A stretch of DNA of 64,000 bases from Negativicutes bacterium (GCA_022840825.1 JALHDB010000001.1:54059-118058), one strand, 5' to 3'; shown: positions 1-10,348, numbered from the stretch's first letter. Notes: generated by a model from the sequence alone, not told the origin. Program-made: numbers and translations.

Positions 1-70
1 TATTAACAGCACATACTGCTTTATGAGGATCTAAGTATAGCTAGCAGACTAATCACTGAGCTTCAATTAT

Positions 71-93
71 AACGGGTTGCGGCCCGTTTTTTT
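71..93 (+). terminator. Rho-independent terminator of the gene lying upstream of the window
   Basis: Hairpin AACGGG-ttgcgg-CCCGTT running into a T7 tract. Confidence 0.6.
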
Positions 94-177
94 ATACAGA
101 TAAGGCAGGAAATATTCAAGAAGAAGCGAAGTTCCACAAGAAAGCATGTACAATTTTGAGGAGTTATAGAAATAAGA

Positions 178-810
178 ATGAGCGAACATATTTTTATTAA
201 AGGTAAGAGGAACGGGCTTGAGCTAGTCTTTGATCAAAGTATTGATTTTGAGGTCATATATAATCAGCTAAAAAACAAATTAGCAGCCGCAACAGCGTTT
301 TTTAATGAAGAGGCCGCAATGCATGTAAGGTGTGATAGAAACTTAACTGAAGAACAGAAAAATAAATTAGTTTCTTTACTTGCAAATTATGGGCTAAAGT
401 ATGACGAGCAGCACATGAACAAGGATAATAATGGATCATGCTCAATTAGCTCGGCACAAGAAGTTATTTTTGAGATACAAAAGAATAAAACGCTTATTCT
501 CAATAAAACATTACGCAATGGACAGAAAATAGAATATGAAGGATCGATAGTGATTATTGGGGACGTTAATCCTGGGGCACAAGTAATCGCCGGTGGCAAT
601 ATCCACATTATCGGTACCTGCCGGGGTACTGCCCATGCCGGGGCTCAAGGGGATAAGTCGGCCACAATCACTGCAACGCGCCTTATAGCTAGTCAGTTGC
701 GGATCGCTTCGTTGATCACCAGGGCGCCGGACAATTTGATAGAATCACAGACGGCTGAAACGGCAAGAATTTTACGGGATACTGTGGTCATACAACCAGC
801 AAATTGCTAG
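178..810 (+). CDS. minC: Septum site-determining protein MinC
   Basis: 210-aa ORF with typical C-terminal GDVNPGAQVIAGGNIHIIG...AHAG repeat region; directly followed by minD and minE. Confidence 0.9.
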   Translation: MSEHIFIKGKRNGLELVFDQSIDFEVIYNQLKNKLAAATAFFNEEAAMHVRCDRNLTEEQKNKLVSLLANYGLKYDEQHMNKDNNGSCSISSAQEVIFEIQKNKTLILNKTLRNGQKIEYEGSIVIIGDVNPGAQVIAGGNIHIIGTCRGTAHAGAQGDKSATITATRLIASQLRIASLITRAPDNLIESQTAETARILRDTVVIQPANC

Positions 811-821
811 GGAGGTTTGTT

Positions 822-1619
822 ATGGGAGAAGTAATCGTAATTACATCCGGAAAAGGCGGAGTAGGTAAAACAACCACAACTGCCAATCTGGGAACCGGTT
901 TTGCATTATTAGGGAAAAAAGTAGTGCTTATTGATGCTGATATTGGCTTAAGAAATTTGGATGTTGTAATGGGTTTAGAAAACAGAATAGTATATGACTT
1001 GGTGGATGTAACGGATGGGAATTGCCGGTTAAAACAAGCACTTATTCGTGACAAGCGTTATGATACGCTTTATCTATTGCCGGCTGCACAGACCAGGGAT
1101 AAGACTGCAGTTAGTCCGGACCAAATGAAGCAGTTGTGTCACGATTTAGCTGAGGATTTCGACTATGTATTGATTGATTGTCCGGCCGGAATTGAACAAG
1201 GTTTTAAAAATGCTATCGCCGGTGCGGACAAGGCTGTAATTGTTACTACTCCGGAAGTATCAGCAGTCAGAGACGCCGACCGAATAATCGGGCTGCTTGA
1301 ATCTGAAGGCAAGGAAGGTCCAAAATTAATTATTAATCGTATTCGTCCGCAAATGGTCAAGAAAGGCGATATGATGGACATTGAGGACATAATTGAAATT
1401 TTGGCAGTAGATTTGTTAGGCATTATACCTGAAGATGAATATATTGTCATTTCTACTAATCGCGGTGAACCGGCTGTTGCCAATCCGGTATCGATGGCAG
1501 GTGCTGCTTATAAGAATATAGTTCGCCGGCTAATGGGAGAAAATGTTCCTTTGATGAATTTTGATTCACAAGACGGTTTTATCGATAAAGTTAAGAAAAT
1601 GTTTGGTTTTGGGGGGTAG
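822..1619 (+). CDS. minD: Septum site-determining ATPase MinD
   Basis: Deviant Walker A SGKGGVGKTT at N-terminus; C-terminal amphipathic tail KKMFGFG; start moved from ORF-track 804 to ATG 822 behind GGGAGG. Confidence 0.93.
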   Translation: MGEVIVITSGKGGVGKTTTTANLGTGFALLGKKVVLIDADIGLRNLDVVMGLENRIVYDLVDVTDGNCRLKQALIRDKRYDTLYLLPAAQTRDKTAVSPDQMKQLCHDLAEDFDYVLIDCPAGIEQGFKNAIAGADKAVIVTTPEVSAVRDADRIIGLLESEGKEGPKLIINRIRPQMVKKGDMMDIEDIIEILAVDLLGIIPEDEYIVISTNRGEPAVANPVSMAGAAYKNIVRRLMGENVPLMNFDSQDGFIDKVKKMFGFGG

Positions 1620-1624
1620 ACGGT

Positions 1625-1903
1625 ATGTTAGATTTGCTGCAAAAAATGTTTGGCAAGGAAACGATAGGTTCAAAAGATATTGCCAAAGAACGACTACGCC
1701 TTGTCTTGGTACATGACCGAATAAATGTATCTCCGCAATTTATGGAATCTTTAAAGGATGATATGATCAAAGTAATATCAAATTACATGGATATTAATGA
1801 ACAAGAGATGGAAGTCAATCTAACTACTTCGAAGTCGACGGTGGCGCTGGTGGCCAACATTCCTGTGAATCGAATGAAACGCGGCTGCACTTTGGAAGAC
1901 TAA
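1625..1903 (+). CDS. minE: Cell division topological specificity factor MinE
   Basis: 92-aa ORF after minD; KERLRLVLVHDR motif typical of MinE. Confidence 0.9.
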   Translation: MLDLLQKMFGKETIGSKDIAKERLRLVLVHDRINVSPQFMESLKDDMIKVISNYMDINEQEMEVNLTTSKSTVALVANIPVNRMKRGCTLED

Positions 1904-1933
1904 TATTGAAATACGGAAGGTAAGTGTCCAATT

Positions 1934-3040
1934 ATGCTGAATCGTCGCTTACTAAAGAATCTGGATTTTGTCGCAATATTTGTAACATTACTATTACTGG
2001 CAATTAGTCTTGTATTTATTGGCAGTGCGACACACATTAATACTCCCAGTGAGGACCGCTATTGGTACGTACAACGCCAAGGTTTATTTACGCTGTTTAA
2101 TATTATTTTGGTATATTTTACCCTGAATTTTGATTACAAAATATTGAGTAGATTTGCCAATGCTTTATATGTAATAAATCTTGTTATGTTACTGGCAGTT
2201 ATGTTTGTCGGACATTCAGCGTTGGGGGCGCAACGGTGGATACAAATTGGTCCGGTTTCACTGCAGCCTTCGGAATTCTCTAAAATAATTATGATCATTG
2301 CGTTGGCCAATATGCTAGACCATCGTTGGGGGCAGCTTCGAACCTTACGTGAGGTGCTTCCGGTTTTTGTTTATGTCGGTATACCGTTTTTACTTGTTTT
2401 AAAGCAGCCGGATTTAGGTACTTCATTGGTTTTTATGGCTATTTTGTTTGGTATGATTTATGTGGCCGGTATTAATACTAAGATTCTTATGGGTATTTTT
2501 GCCGCGGGAATTGCATTTATGCCAATTTTTTGGCACTTTTTGAAAGATTATCAAAAAATGCGGTTGTTAGTATTTTTAGATCCGAATGTCGACCCGTTAG
2601 GATCGGGGTATCATATTATTCAGTCCAAAATTGCTATTGGTTCGGGCATGGTCTTAGGCAAAGGATTGTTTGGCGGTACGCAAAGTCAACTGAATTTTTT
2701 ACCGGAAAATCACACTGATTTTATTTTTGCCGTTATTGGTGAAGAAATGGGATTTGTTGGTGCATTTTTAATATTGTTTCTATACTTCATATTGCTGTAC
2801 CGTGGCTTGAAAATTGCCGGAGTAGCTAGGGATAATTTCGGAACTTTGCTGGCTGCCGGAATTATTTCAATGTTAACATTTCATATTTTAGTTAATGTTG
2901 GGATGACGGCAGGGATTATGCCGGTAACCGGAATTCCTCTACCGTTTATGAGTTATGGCGTAAGTGCTCTTACTACTAACATGTTGAGTATTGGTATTAT
3001 GTTGAATATTTATATGCGTCGACAAAAAATATTATTTTAA
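1934..3040 (+). CDS. rodA: SEDS-family peptidoglycan glycosyltransferase (RodA/FtsW/SpoVE family)
   Basis: 368-aa polytopic membrane protein, motifs QPSEFSKI, DLGT, NHTDFIFA, TGIPLPFMSYG; position after minCDE. Confidence 0.88.
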   Translation: MLNRRLLKNLDFVAIFVTLLLLAISLVFIGSATHINTPSEDRYWYVQRQGLFTLFNIILVYFTLNFDYKILSRFANALYVINLVMLLAVMFVGHSALGAQRWIQIGPVSLQPSEFSKIIMIIALANMLDHRWGQLRTLREVLPVFVYVGIPFLLVLKQPDLGTSLVFMAILFGMIYVAGINTKILMGIFAAGIAFMPIFWHFLKDYQKMRLLVFLDPNVDPLGSGYHIIQSKIAIGSGMVLGKGLFGGTQSQLNFLPENHTDFIFAVIGEEMGFVGAFLILFLYFILLYRGLKIAGVARDNFGTLLAAGIISMLTFHILVNVGMTAGIMPVTGIPLPFMSYGVSALTTNMLSIGIMLNIYMRRQKILF

Positions 3041-3054
3041 TAGCAGGTGAAAAA

Positions 3055-3082
3055 AAAGCAGACAAATGTGTCTGCTTTTTTG
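3055..3082 (+). terminator. Rho-independent terminator after rodA
   Basis: AGCAGACA-aatg-TGTCTGCT hairpin followed by T-run. Confidence 0.75.
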
Positions 3083-3152
3083 TGTGGGTATAAACAGAAC
3101 AGTTTGTCATATATATTAATATATCTATGGGCTTAAGCGGGAGGTTTGGCGT

Positions 3153-3890
3153 ATGACAAATTGGCGTAAAATTAAAAATTACCACTGGGATTCAAATGAT
3201 GGATGGCATTCGAACGAGCGGTGGAAAAACAGGGAAAAACCACAGAACTATTGGTGGAAACGTACTGCAGCCGCAATGCTGATTTTCGCTATAGTGTATC
3301 TTGCCCATATTTCGGATACCGGGTTTGGCCGTGAAGTTGATTACCAGATTAAAAATATTGTTACTGAGTCTACTAATTTTAAAGAGATTGCCAATAACTT
3401 TATTAAGTATATGGATGAATCATTAGATATGGCTGCAATTCGCAAGGTCACAAGCAAGATGTTAACTGTTGCACCTGCTCAGCCCCTAAAATATATGAAT
3501 ATGCCGGTTACCGGTACGATCGTTTCATCATTTGGGGAGTACGTGCCAACTGCAACTAACAAAAAGAGCATATTGCAAGGCATATTGATAAAAACGAAAC
3601 CGGACGAACCGGTCAAGGCGGCTGCTGCCGGAAAGGTAAAAACTGTAATAACCGACAAGGAAGGTTTCAATATTGTGATCGATCATGGCATTGGTACTGA
3701 GACTTATTACGGACGCTTAAGCAAAGTGGTAGTAAAGAAAGAAGAAGTCATAAGCCAGAATCAGATTATCGGGTTTGCAAACTCTCAGCTGAAGGAACCA
3801 TTACTATATTTTGAAATCAGGGATAAAGGAGTACCGGTTGATCCTGCAGCAAGATTGACAGGAATAGATGTAGTTAGTGAAAGGAAGTGA
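3153..3890 (+). CDS. M23/LytM-domain membrane protein, SpoIVFA-like
   Basis: N-terminal TM segment, C-terminal LytM-like region (IVIDHGIGTETYYG...LYFEIRDKGVPVDP); sits directly upstream of and overlapping the SpoIVFB-like protease as in Bacillus. Confidence 0.7.
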   Translation: MTNWRKIKNYHWDSNDGWHSNERWKNREKPQNYWWKRTAAAMLIFAIVYLAHISDTGFGREVDYQIKNIVTESTNFKEIANNFIKYMDESLDMAAIRKVTSKMLTVAPAQPLKYMNMPVTGTIVSSFGEYVPTATNKKSILQGILIKTKPDEPVKAAAAGKVKTVITDKEGFNIVIDHGIGTETYYGRLSKVVVKKEEVISQNQIIGFANSQLKEPLLYFEIRDKGVPVDPAARLTGIDVVSERK

Positions 3891-4768
3891 ACTCTTTGCG
3901 GGCTGGGAAGGTTGCCGGAATACAAATAGTTATTAGCAACTGGTTTTTGGTGTTGCTAATAATTTTTTTACTGGCCGGTATGGCCGGTAAATTAATGTTA
4001 GCTTTTATAAGCGTAATAATTCATGAATTAGCTCATATATGTGTGGCCCGATTTCTCGGATATCAGGTGGGTACGTTGGAATTATTACCGTTTGGCGGGG
4101 TAGCTCATATTTACAATTTGGGTAAGGCTAGTGCCGGACAAGAAATTTTGATTGCGTTGGCCGGTCCGGCGGTCAGTCTGGTTATAACCATTGTTAGTTA
4201 TTTGTCGGCGCAGGGTATTCCGCAATATAGAGAATTACTTCAATTTATATATGATACTAATTTCATGCTGGCAACATTTAATATGTTGCCGGCTTTACCT
4301 TTAGATGGGGGAAGAATTGTACGAGCGTGGCTATCACTTTTTTACGGGCATTTGCAGGCAACAATAATTGCGGTCAAATGTACGAAAATAATATGCTTGT
4401 TATTGATAGTCATTACTGGGTGGCTGTTTTATGATACACGAACATTAAATATTACATTCGTTGTGGCTGTGTTGTTTCTGTATTTATCGGTAAGAGCAGA
4501 GATAAGTGCTGCAAGATTAAGAAACATGCAAATACTTGCTCAAAAGAAAGCGTTACTGCTAACCCAAGGAGCAATGCAGACTATTCACCTCACTGTATTA
4601 TCACATGTTAAAATCAAGGATATTCTTAAACTGTTTAAAGAAGATTATTATTATGTTGTGTTGGTCGTTAATCCCGATTTTCATTTACAAGGGGCTATTA
4701 CGGAAACCGAGGTTTGGGAATCTTTGCCTCTTAAAGGCATTTTTACGGAAATTGGTGATTTTTTATAG
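3887..4768 (+). CDS. spoIVFB: Site-2 (M50) intramembrane metalloprotease, SpoIVFB-like pro-sigma-K processing enzyme
   Basis: HELAH zinc motif in TM helix, NMLPALPLDGGR motif, C-terminal CBS-like region; GTG start overlaps the upstream stop. Confidence 0.8.
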   Translation: MNSLRAGKVAGIQIVISNWFLVLLIIFLLAGMAGKLMLAFISVIIHELAHICVARFLGYQVGTLELLPFGGVAHIYNLGKASAGQEILIALAGPAVSLVITIVSYLSAQGIPQYRELLQFIYDTNFMLATFNMLPALPLDGGRIVRAWLSLFYGHLQATIIAVKCTKIICLLLIVITGWLFYDTRTLNITFVVAVLFLYLSVRAEISAARLRNMQILAQKKALLLTQGAMQTIHLTVLSHVKIKDILKLFKEDYYYVVLVVNPDFHLQGAITETEVWESLPLKGIFTEIGDFL

Positions 4769-4873
4769 TATTGGCAGGATTTTTTGGTGAAACGTAGAAC
4801 GTAGGGTAAAATGTTTAGAGGTCTTAATTGCGAAACATAATATCAATAAAATATTAAACCGGAGGATATTGTA

Positions 4874-6730
4874 GTGAGTAAAGTAATTGTACCATCAGCT
4901 TTGCTAAACAGGGTTGTGAAACCTTCCCGTTATACCGGACAAGAATGGAATACAATTGTAAAAGAACAGTCAAAGGTCGATGTTTCATTTGCATTGGCCT
5001 TCCCTGATGTCTATGAAGTGGGCATGTCTTATTTGGGCTATAAGATTTTATATCACATACTCAATGGCCGGCAGGAGGTTGCCGCTGAACGGGTTTATGC
5101 ACCTTGGGTAGACATGGAAGAACAGATGCGCAACAGTAATATCCCGTTGTTTTCCCTAGAAAGTTTTCGCCCGTTGGGTGAATTTGATTTTGTTGGTTTT
5201 ACTTTACAATATGAAATGTCGTACAGTAATATCTTAAATATGCTGGATCTTGGCGGAATACCCTTATTGGCTTGTGACCGCAATGAAACCCAGTCATTCG
5301 TAGTCGGCGGCGGACCTTGCGTATATAATCCGGAGCCCTTAGCTGATTTTTTCGACATTTTTCTTATTGGCGAAGCAGAGGAGTTAATTTTAGAAATCGT
5401 AGATTGTTATAAGCAATGGAAACAAAGCGGACGGAGCGGCGGACGGGCCGGCTTTTTAAAAGAAGCTGCTCTGATCGAAGGGGTTTATGTACCGTCCTGT
5501 TATGACGTTAACTATAATGCGGATGGAACGGTAATGAGTATTGGACTGACCAGCAAGGATATAAAGCCGCAAGTACATAAGCGTGTAATCAAAGATCTGG
5601 AGACAGTAGATTTTCCCACTCGGCCAGTGGTTCCGTTTGGCGAAATTGTCCATGACCGAATCATGCTGGAAATCTTCCGCGGCTGTACGCGTGGCTGCCG
5701 TTTTTGTCAGGCCGGTATGATTTATCGCCCGGTACGCGAACGAAAGGTTGATACACTGGTTGAGCTGGCTCAACAATTAGTTAATAATACAGGTTATAAT
5801 GAAATTTCATTGGTCTCGTTAAGTACTGCTGATTATTCATGCTTGCATCCTTTGATCACTGCCTTGATGAGTCGTATGAAAGAGCAAGGGGTCAGTGTAT
5901 CGTTGCCTTCATTGCGTATTGATAGTTTCTCAATTCAATTAGCGCAAGAAGTTCAGCAGGTTCGTAAGAGCGGGCTTACCTTTGCGCCGGAAGCAGGTAC
6001 TCAGCGGCTGCGAGATGTTATTAATAAAGGTGTCAATGAAGACAATTTAAGAGATGCGGTTTGTGCGGCATTTCGAGCCGGTTGGTCGTCGGTTAAGCTG
6101 TATTTTATGATTGGTTTGCCTACCGAAGAAGATGATGATATCAGGGGTATTGCCAAGTTAGCTTATCAGGTGCTTGATTGGTATAAAGAAGTGAAGGGAA
6201 GAAGAGGAGCAAAAGTGACTGTCAGTGTTTCGTCATTTGTTCCTAAGCCGCATACTCCTTTTCAGTGGTTTGGACAAGACTCTATTGAGCAATTGGAACG
6301 GAAACAACATTTACTGCGAGATATGCTTAAGAATCGGGATATTAATTTCAATTGGCATGATGCCAAGACCAGTTTTTTAGAAGGTGTGTTTGCCCGTGGG
6401 GACCGGCGGTTAGGTAAAGTGTTATTAAAAGCATGGTCTACCGGGGCAAGATTTGATGGTTGGTCGGAGCAGTTTGATTACGAGAATTGGCTCACAGCTT
6501 TTGCTGAATGTAATATTGACCCGCATTTTTATGCTAACCGGGAGCGTCAAGAGCAAGAAATTATGCCGTGGAGTCACATTCAGCCAGGTGTAGAAAAAAA
6601 ATTTTTGTGGAGAGAATACCAACAAGCTCTAAAACAGGAACTAACAGCAGATTGCCGGCGCGGTGACTGCGGAGCTTGCGGGGTTTGCTCCGGACTGGGC
6701 GTAGGAATCATTGACTGGGGGAATGAATAA
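4874..6730 (+). CDS. Radical SAM protein with B12-binding-like N-terminal domain (TIGR03960-type)
   Basis: CxxxCxxC cluster motif RGCTRGCRFCQAG; 618 aa; conserved pairing with the DUF2344 gene downstream. Confidence 0.85.
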   Translation: MSKVIVPSALLNRVVKPSRYTGQEWNTIVKEQSKVDVSFALAFPDVYEVGMSYLGYKILYHILNGRQEVAAERVYAPWVDMEEQMRNSNIPLFSLESFRPLGEFDFVGFTLQYEMSYSNILNMLDLGGIPLLACDRNETQSFVVGGGPCVYNPEPLADFFDIFLIGEAEELILEIVDCYKQWKQSGRSGGRAGFLKEAALIEGVYVPSCYDVNYNADGTVMSIGLTSKDIKPQVHKRVIKDLETVDFPTRPVVPFGEIVHDRIMLEIFRGCTRGCRFCQAGMIYRPVRERKVDTLVELAQQLVNNTGYNEISLVSLSTADYSCLHPLITALMSRMKEQGVSVSLPSLRIDSFSIQLAQEVQQVRKSGLTFAPEAGTQRLRDVINKGVNEDNLRDAVCAAFRAGWSSVKLYFMIGLPTEEDDDIRGIAKLAYQVLDWYKEVKGRRGAKVTVSVSSFVPKPHTPFQWFGQDSIEQLERKQHLLRDMLKNRDINFNWHDAKTSFLEGVFARGDRRLGKVLLKAWSTGARFDGWSEQFDYENWLTAFAECNIDPHFYANRERQEQEIMPWSHIQPGVEKKFLWREYQQALKQELTADCRRGDCGACGVCSGLGVGIIDWGNE

Positions 6731-6731
6731 G

Positions 6732-7430
6732 ATGAAAATCAGGGCTGAAATTTCAAAGGGTGATGAAATACGATATATTTCCCACCTTGATTATTCCCGG
6801 GCAATAGAGAGAGCGCTCCGCCGAGCCCAATTGCCGCTTGCCTACTCCGAAGGATTTAATCCGCATGTAAAACTTTCGTTCGCCTCGGCCTTGGCAGTTG
6901 GGATTACCAGCCAATCGGAATTTATGGATTTGGAATTAACTAAAACTATGAATATTGATACGATCAAGTCTTGTTTAGAACCCCAATTACCCGCCGGTAT
7001 AAATTTAATTCGCTGCCAGCAAATTTATAATAACGCGGCTAAACTAATGGCCGTGGTAAATTTAGCATGTTACAAGGTCTTTTTCTCGGAGTTGTCTGGC
7101 CATGAACAACTAGAGAAAAGCATTCATAAGTTTAATTTTAGTGATAATTTATTGTTTGTGCGGGAGAATCCGAAAGGAAAAAAACAAATTGATGTAAAAG
7201 AATATGTACAGGAAATTTGTTGCAATTTTTACCCTTATGGTTTGGAATTGAGTTTTGATACCAAGATCACTCCCAGCGGGAGTATCAAACCAGGTGAAGT
7301 GTTACAAGCATTAGACCATCATTATGACCTCAATTTGCCGCTTGATGATGCTTTAATATGCCGAACCGGTTTGTTTATTGAAAAAGGAACAAAGCGAATG
7401 TCGCCATTTGATTTGATAGGAGAAAAATGA
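6732..7430 (+). CDS. DUF2344 (TIGR03936-type) protein, partner of the radical SAM enzyme
   Basis: IRYISHLD...FNPH N-terminal motif typical of the family; start chosen at ATG 6732 (GGGGGA 9 nt upstream), ORF track starts at TTG 6711. Confidence 0.75.
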   Translation: MKIRAEISKGDEIRYISHLDYSRAIERALRRAQLPLAYSEGFNPHVKLSFASALAVGITSQSEFMDLELTKTMNIDTIKSCLEPQLPAGINLIRCQQIYNNAAKLMAVVNLACYKVFFSELSGHEQLEKSIHKFNFSDNLLFVRENPKGKKQIDVKEYVQEICCNFYPYGLELSFDTKITPSGSIKPGEVLQALDHHYDLNLPLDDALICRTGLFIEKGTKRMSPFDLIGEK

Positions 7431-8878
7431 TGGTTAAGAAGATTTTAGCAAATATTTCTCCGGAAGAGACCAGAATTGCTATATTAGAAGACGGTCAGCT
7501 TGCAGAAGTAGCTGTGGAAAGACGCGATGCCGAAAACATTGTCGGTAATATTTATAAAGGTAAAATAAAGAATATTTTGCCGGGGATGCAGGCCGCATTT
7601 GTTGATATCGGTGAACAAAAAAACGCTTTCTTATATACCGGTGAAACAGCTGAGGGTAATTTGATACCGGCCAAAACGGGGGATACCGTTCTTAGTATCG
7701 GGCAAGATGTACTAATTCAAATTACTAAAGATGCAGTAGGTAAGAAAGGTCCACGGGGAACTTTACACTTAGCCTTGCCGGGTAGATATGCCGTTTTAAT
7801 GCCTACTGTTGAATACATTGGAATATCCAGGCGCATCACTGATGATTCAGAACGGGAACGGCTAAAAAAAATTGCCAGTGATTTAAAGCCGGCCGGTATG
7901 GGAGTCATTATTCGGACTGTTGCCGAAGATAAAAACAGTGATGAGTTACAAAAAGATATTTCTTATTTGTATAAGTTATGGACAGCGATATTAGCTCGAT
8001 TCAAACGTGAACCGGCGCCGTTATTACTTTATCGTGATGTTGATCTTATAATTCGGATTGTCAGGGACCATCTTACGGATGATGTTAGTGAATTTATCAT
8101 CGATGATCGGGAAGCATTTGGCCGTGTTTGCGATTTATTATCATATTTATCGCCGGAGTATGCAGGAAAGGTCAAAATGTTCACCGATTCACAAGATCTG
8201 TTTTTTAAATTTGGAATTGAAAGTACTTTGAGTGAATTAACCAAACGCCAAGTTATGCTCAATTGTGGAGGTTATTTAGTTTTTGACCACACTGAAGCCT
8301 TGACGGTCATTGATGTAAATACCGGAAGTTTTGTTGGAACGACTAACTTATCAGATACAGTGTTTCGCACAAATTTAGAAGCGGCAGATGAAATTGCCCG
8401 GCAGATTCGTTTGCGGGACATCGGTGGTATAATCATTGTTGATTTTATCGATATGGACAGTGATGAGCATCGGGATACGGTACTTAATTATCTGCAAGAA
8501 AAAGTTAAGTATGATCGCACTAAAACCAATGTGCTAGGTTGGACATCGCTGGGATTGGTGGAGATCACTCGCAAAAAATCCAGGCGTAATGTAACCGGTA
8601 TTTTATATTCAGATTGCCCATTATGTGAAGGCCGGGGCAGTGTTCAGTCACCGGAAACAGTTGCCGTCAATATTCGGCGCCAATTACGTCGTATTGTCCG
8701 GCAGCACCGCAGAGGGATGAATATCTTGATCCAGGTTAATCCGCAAATCGCTAGTGTCTTTGGTAAAAAGGGTGAACTGAATGACTTGCAACAGGAGCTG
8801 TTTTGTACGATTTCGGTTGAGGCGGTAGCCAATATGCATCCGGAGACATTTTCTATCCTTGAACAAACGAATAAATGA
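7427..8878 (+). CDS. rng: Ribonuclease E/G family endoribonuclease (RNase G-like)
   Basis: N-terminal S1 domain (VGNIYKGKIKNILPGMQAAFVDIG), DNase-I-like core VIDVNTG, Zn-link CPxCxG; ATGA overlap with the upstream gene. Confidence 0.88.
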   Translation: MMVKKILANISPEETRIAILEDGQLAEVAVERRDAENIVGNIYKGKIKNILPGMQAAFVDIGEQKNAFLYTGETAEGNLIPAKTGDTVLSIGQDVLIQITKDAVGKKGPRGTLHLALPGRYAVLMPTVEYIGISRRITDDSERERLKKIASDLKPAGMGVIIRTVAEDKNSDELQKDISYLYKLWTAILARFKREPAPLLLYRDVDLIIRIVRDHLTDDVSEFIIDDREAFGRVCDLLSYLSPEYAGKVKMFTDSQDLFFKFGIESTLSELTKRQVMLNCGGYLVFDHTEALTVIDVNTGSFVGTTNLSDTVFRTNLEAADEIARQIRLRDIGGIIIVDFIDMDSDEHRDTVLNYLQEKVKYDRTKTNVLGWTSLGLVEITRKKSRRNVTGILYSDCPLCEGRGSVQSPETVAVNIRRQLRRIVRQHRRGMNILIQVNPQIASVFGKKGELNDLQQELFCTISVEAVANMHPETFSILEQTNK

Positions 8879-8885
8879 ATGTTAT

Positions 8886-8914
8886 TTGACAAGTTATTGT
8901 TAATATGCTAAAAT
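8886..8914 (+). promoter_or_regulatory. Sigma-A type promoter of the rplU operon
   Basis: TTGACA (8886-8891), 17-nt spacer, TAAAAT (8909-8914). Confidence 0.65.
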
Positions 8915-8920
8915 TTCTTA

Positions 8921-9005
8921 GCATGGGTTTTTCTATGCGTCCCAAACCGCACAGAGAGGTTTTAAATCCGTACAGGTACCGTATCTGGCGAGTATGATTG
9001 CAAGG
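8921..9005 (+). promoter_or_regulatory. Probable L21 ribosomal-protein leader (5' UTR of rplU-prp-rpmA)
   Basis: About 100-nt untranslated leader between promoter and rplU RBS. Firmicutes are known to carry an L21 leader RNA at this position. Structure not verified here. Confidence 0.4.
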
Positions 9006-9017
9006 GAGGTGTAAGTT

Positions 9018-9329
9018 ATGTACGCTATTATAGCTACTGGTGGAAAACAATATCGTGTTGCCGAAGGCGATGTACTGCGCGTGGAAAAGATTGAAGCCGG
9101 CGTTGGTGAAGTATTTGAATTCAATGATGTGTTAACTGTGGTTAAAGATGGAGAAGTTGTGGTTGGTAAGCCAATGGTAAACGGAGCCAAAGTCATAGCA
9201 AAAGTTGTAGAGCATGGCAAAGGAAAGAAAATTTTAGTTTTTAAATATAAAGCTAAATCCAATTATCGCAAGCGTCAAGGTCACCGCCAACCGTTCACTA
9301 AAATAATGATTGAGAAGATCGATGCATAA
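9018..9329 (+). CDS. rplU: 50S ribosomal protein L21
   Basis: [21 protein letters not shown]-terminus; 103 aa. Confidence 0.97.
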   Translation: MYAIIATGGKQYRVAEGDVLRVEKIEAGVGEVFEFNDVLTVVKDGEVVVGKPMVNGAKVIAKVVEHGKGKKILVFKYKAKSNYRKRQGHRQPFTKIMIEKIDA

Positions 9330-9332
9330 TTT

Positions 9333-9650
9333 ATGGTTAAAATTATTGTTTATCGAAATAATGAGTCGATAGAGGGGTTCAATGTTCACGGACATGCGAA
9401 TAAAGCTCCTCATGGACACGATATCGTTTGTGCCGGTATTTCAGCTTTGACTCAGGCTTGTGTGCTGGGACTGCAAAATCATTTGCAGCGAAAATTAGAT
9501 CTTCATGTTGCAAGTGGAAGTTTAGAAATGACATTAGTAGATAAGCCCGATGCACTTTCGAATGCAATATTAGAAACAATGTGCATGGGGCTGAACGAAA
9601 TATGCCGGTTGTACCCGGAAAGTGTTTGTATGTTAGAACGCAGGAGGTGA
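9333..9650 (+). CDS. prp: Ribosomal-processing cysteine protease Prp (YsxB family)
   Basis: 105 aa between rplU and rpmA; GHA...DIVCAGIS catalytic His/Cys region. Confidence 0.9.
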   Translation: MVKIIVYRNNESIEGFNVHGHANKAPHGHDIVCAGISALTQACVLGLQNHLQRKLDLHVASGSLEMTLVDKPDALSNAILETMCMGLNEICRLYPESVCMLERRR

Positions 9651-9652
9651 GA

Positions 9653-9946
9653 ATGATGCTTAATTTTGATTTGCAATTATTTGCACATAAAAAAGGTGTT
9701 GGTAGTTCCCGTAATGGACGTGACAGTCATTCCAAACGGCTGGGGGTAAAACGCCATGCCGGTGAAGTTGTGACTGCCGGAAGTATTTTGGTTCGTCAAA
9801 GAGGAACGCGGTTTTTCCCAGGAGAGAACGTGGGCATTGGTAAAGACCATACCTTGTTTGCCAAAGTTCCCGGCCGGGTAGCTTTTGAACGTAAAGGACG
9901 GGAGGATAGACAAATTAGCGTCTATCCGGTAGAAGCGGCAATGTAA
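9653..9946 (+). CDS. rpmA: 50S ribosomal protein L27 with cleavable N-terminal extension
   Basis: [25 protein letters not shown]: Prp cleavage-type propeptide followed by the conserved L27 N-terminus; start set at ATG 9653 behind AGGAGG. Confidence 0.95.
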   Translation: MMLNFDLQLFAHKKGVGSSRNGRDSHSKRLGVKRHAGEVVTAGSILVRQRGTRFFPGENVGIGKDHTLFAKVPGRVAFERKGREDRQISVYPVEAAM

Positions 9947-9951
9947 TTATG

Positions 9952-9984
9952 ATACCTGCGACTGCGCGTCGCAGGTATTTTTTA
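9952..9984 (+). terminator. Rho-independent terminator after rpmA
   Basis: ATACCTGCGAC-tgcg-CGTCGCAGGTAT hairpin plus T6. Confidence 0.85.
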
Positions 9985-10033
9985 TCTGATTAGGATATAT
10001 TAAAAGGAATTTTGGTCGTGTAACGCGAAAAGC

Positions 10034-10288
10034 ATGGTGTCAAGGAAAATGGAAGAAGGTCATAGTATGAATGAAGAAAAAGTTTGTGATGAAGTAGTTC
10101 GGCTGTTACGTATACAGCGTCATGATTTTATTAATCATCTCCAGGTTTTGCATGCCTTGCTGCAGATGGGTAAGATCGATAGGGCAATGAACTATATGGA
10201 AGACCTTGCTAAAGATACCAATGCAGTTCCTGAATTATTGCTGCAACATAATTTTCGCAGTGACTGTAGGCAAAAATCTACTACTTGA
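10034..10288 (+). CDS. Small Spo0B-type alpha-helical domain protein
   Basis: LLRIQRHDFINHLQVLHALLQMGKIDRAMNYMEDL resembles the histidine-containing helical hairpin of Spo0B; same position as spo0B in Bacillus (rpmA-spo0B-obg). Start uncertain. Confidence 0.55.
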   Translation: MVSRKMEEGHSMNEEKVCDEVVRLLRIQRHDFINHLQVLHALLQMGKIDRAMNYMEDLAKDTNAVPELLLQHNFRSDCRQKSTT

Positions 10289-10348
10289 TAATATTTATGT
10301 TCGGATAAGTACATATTACAAAATAATGAAAAAGCATTATTTTAGTGA

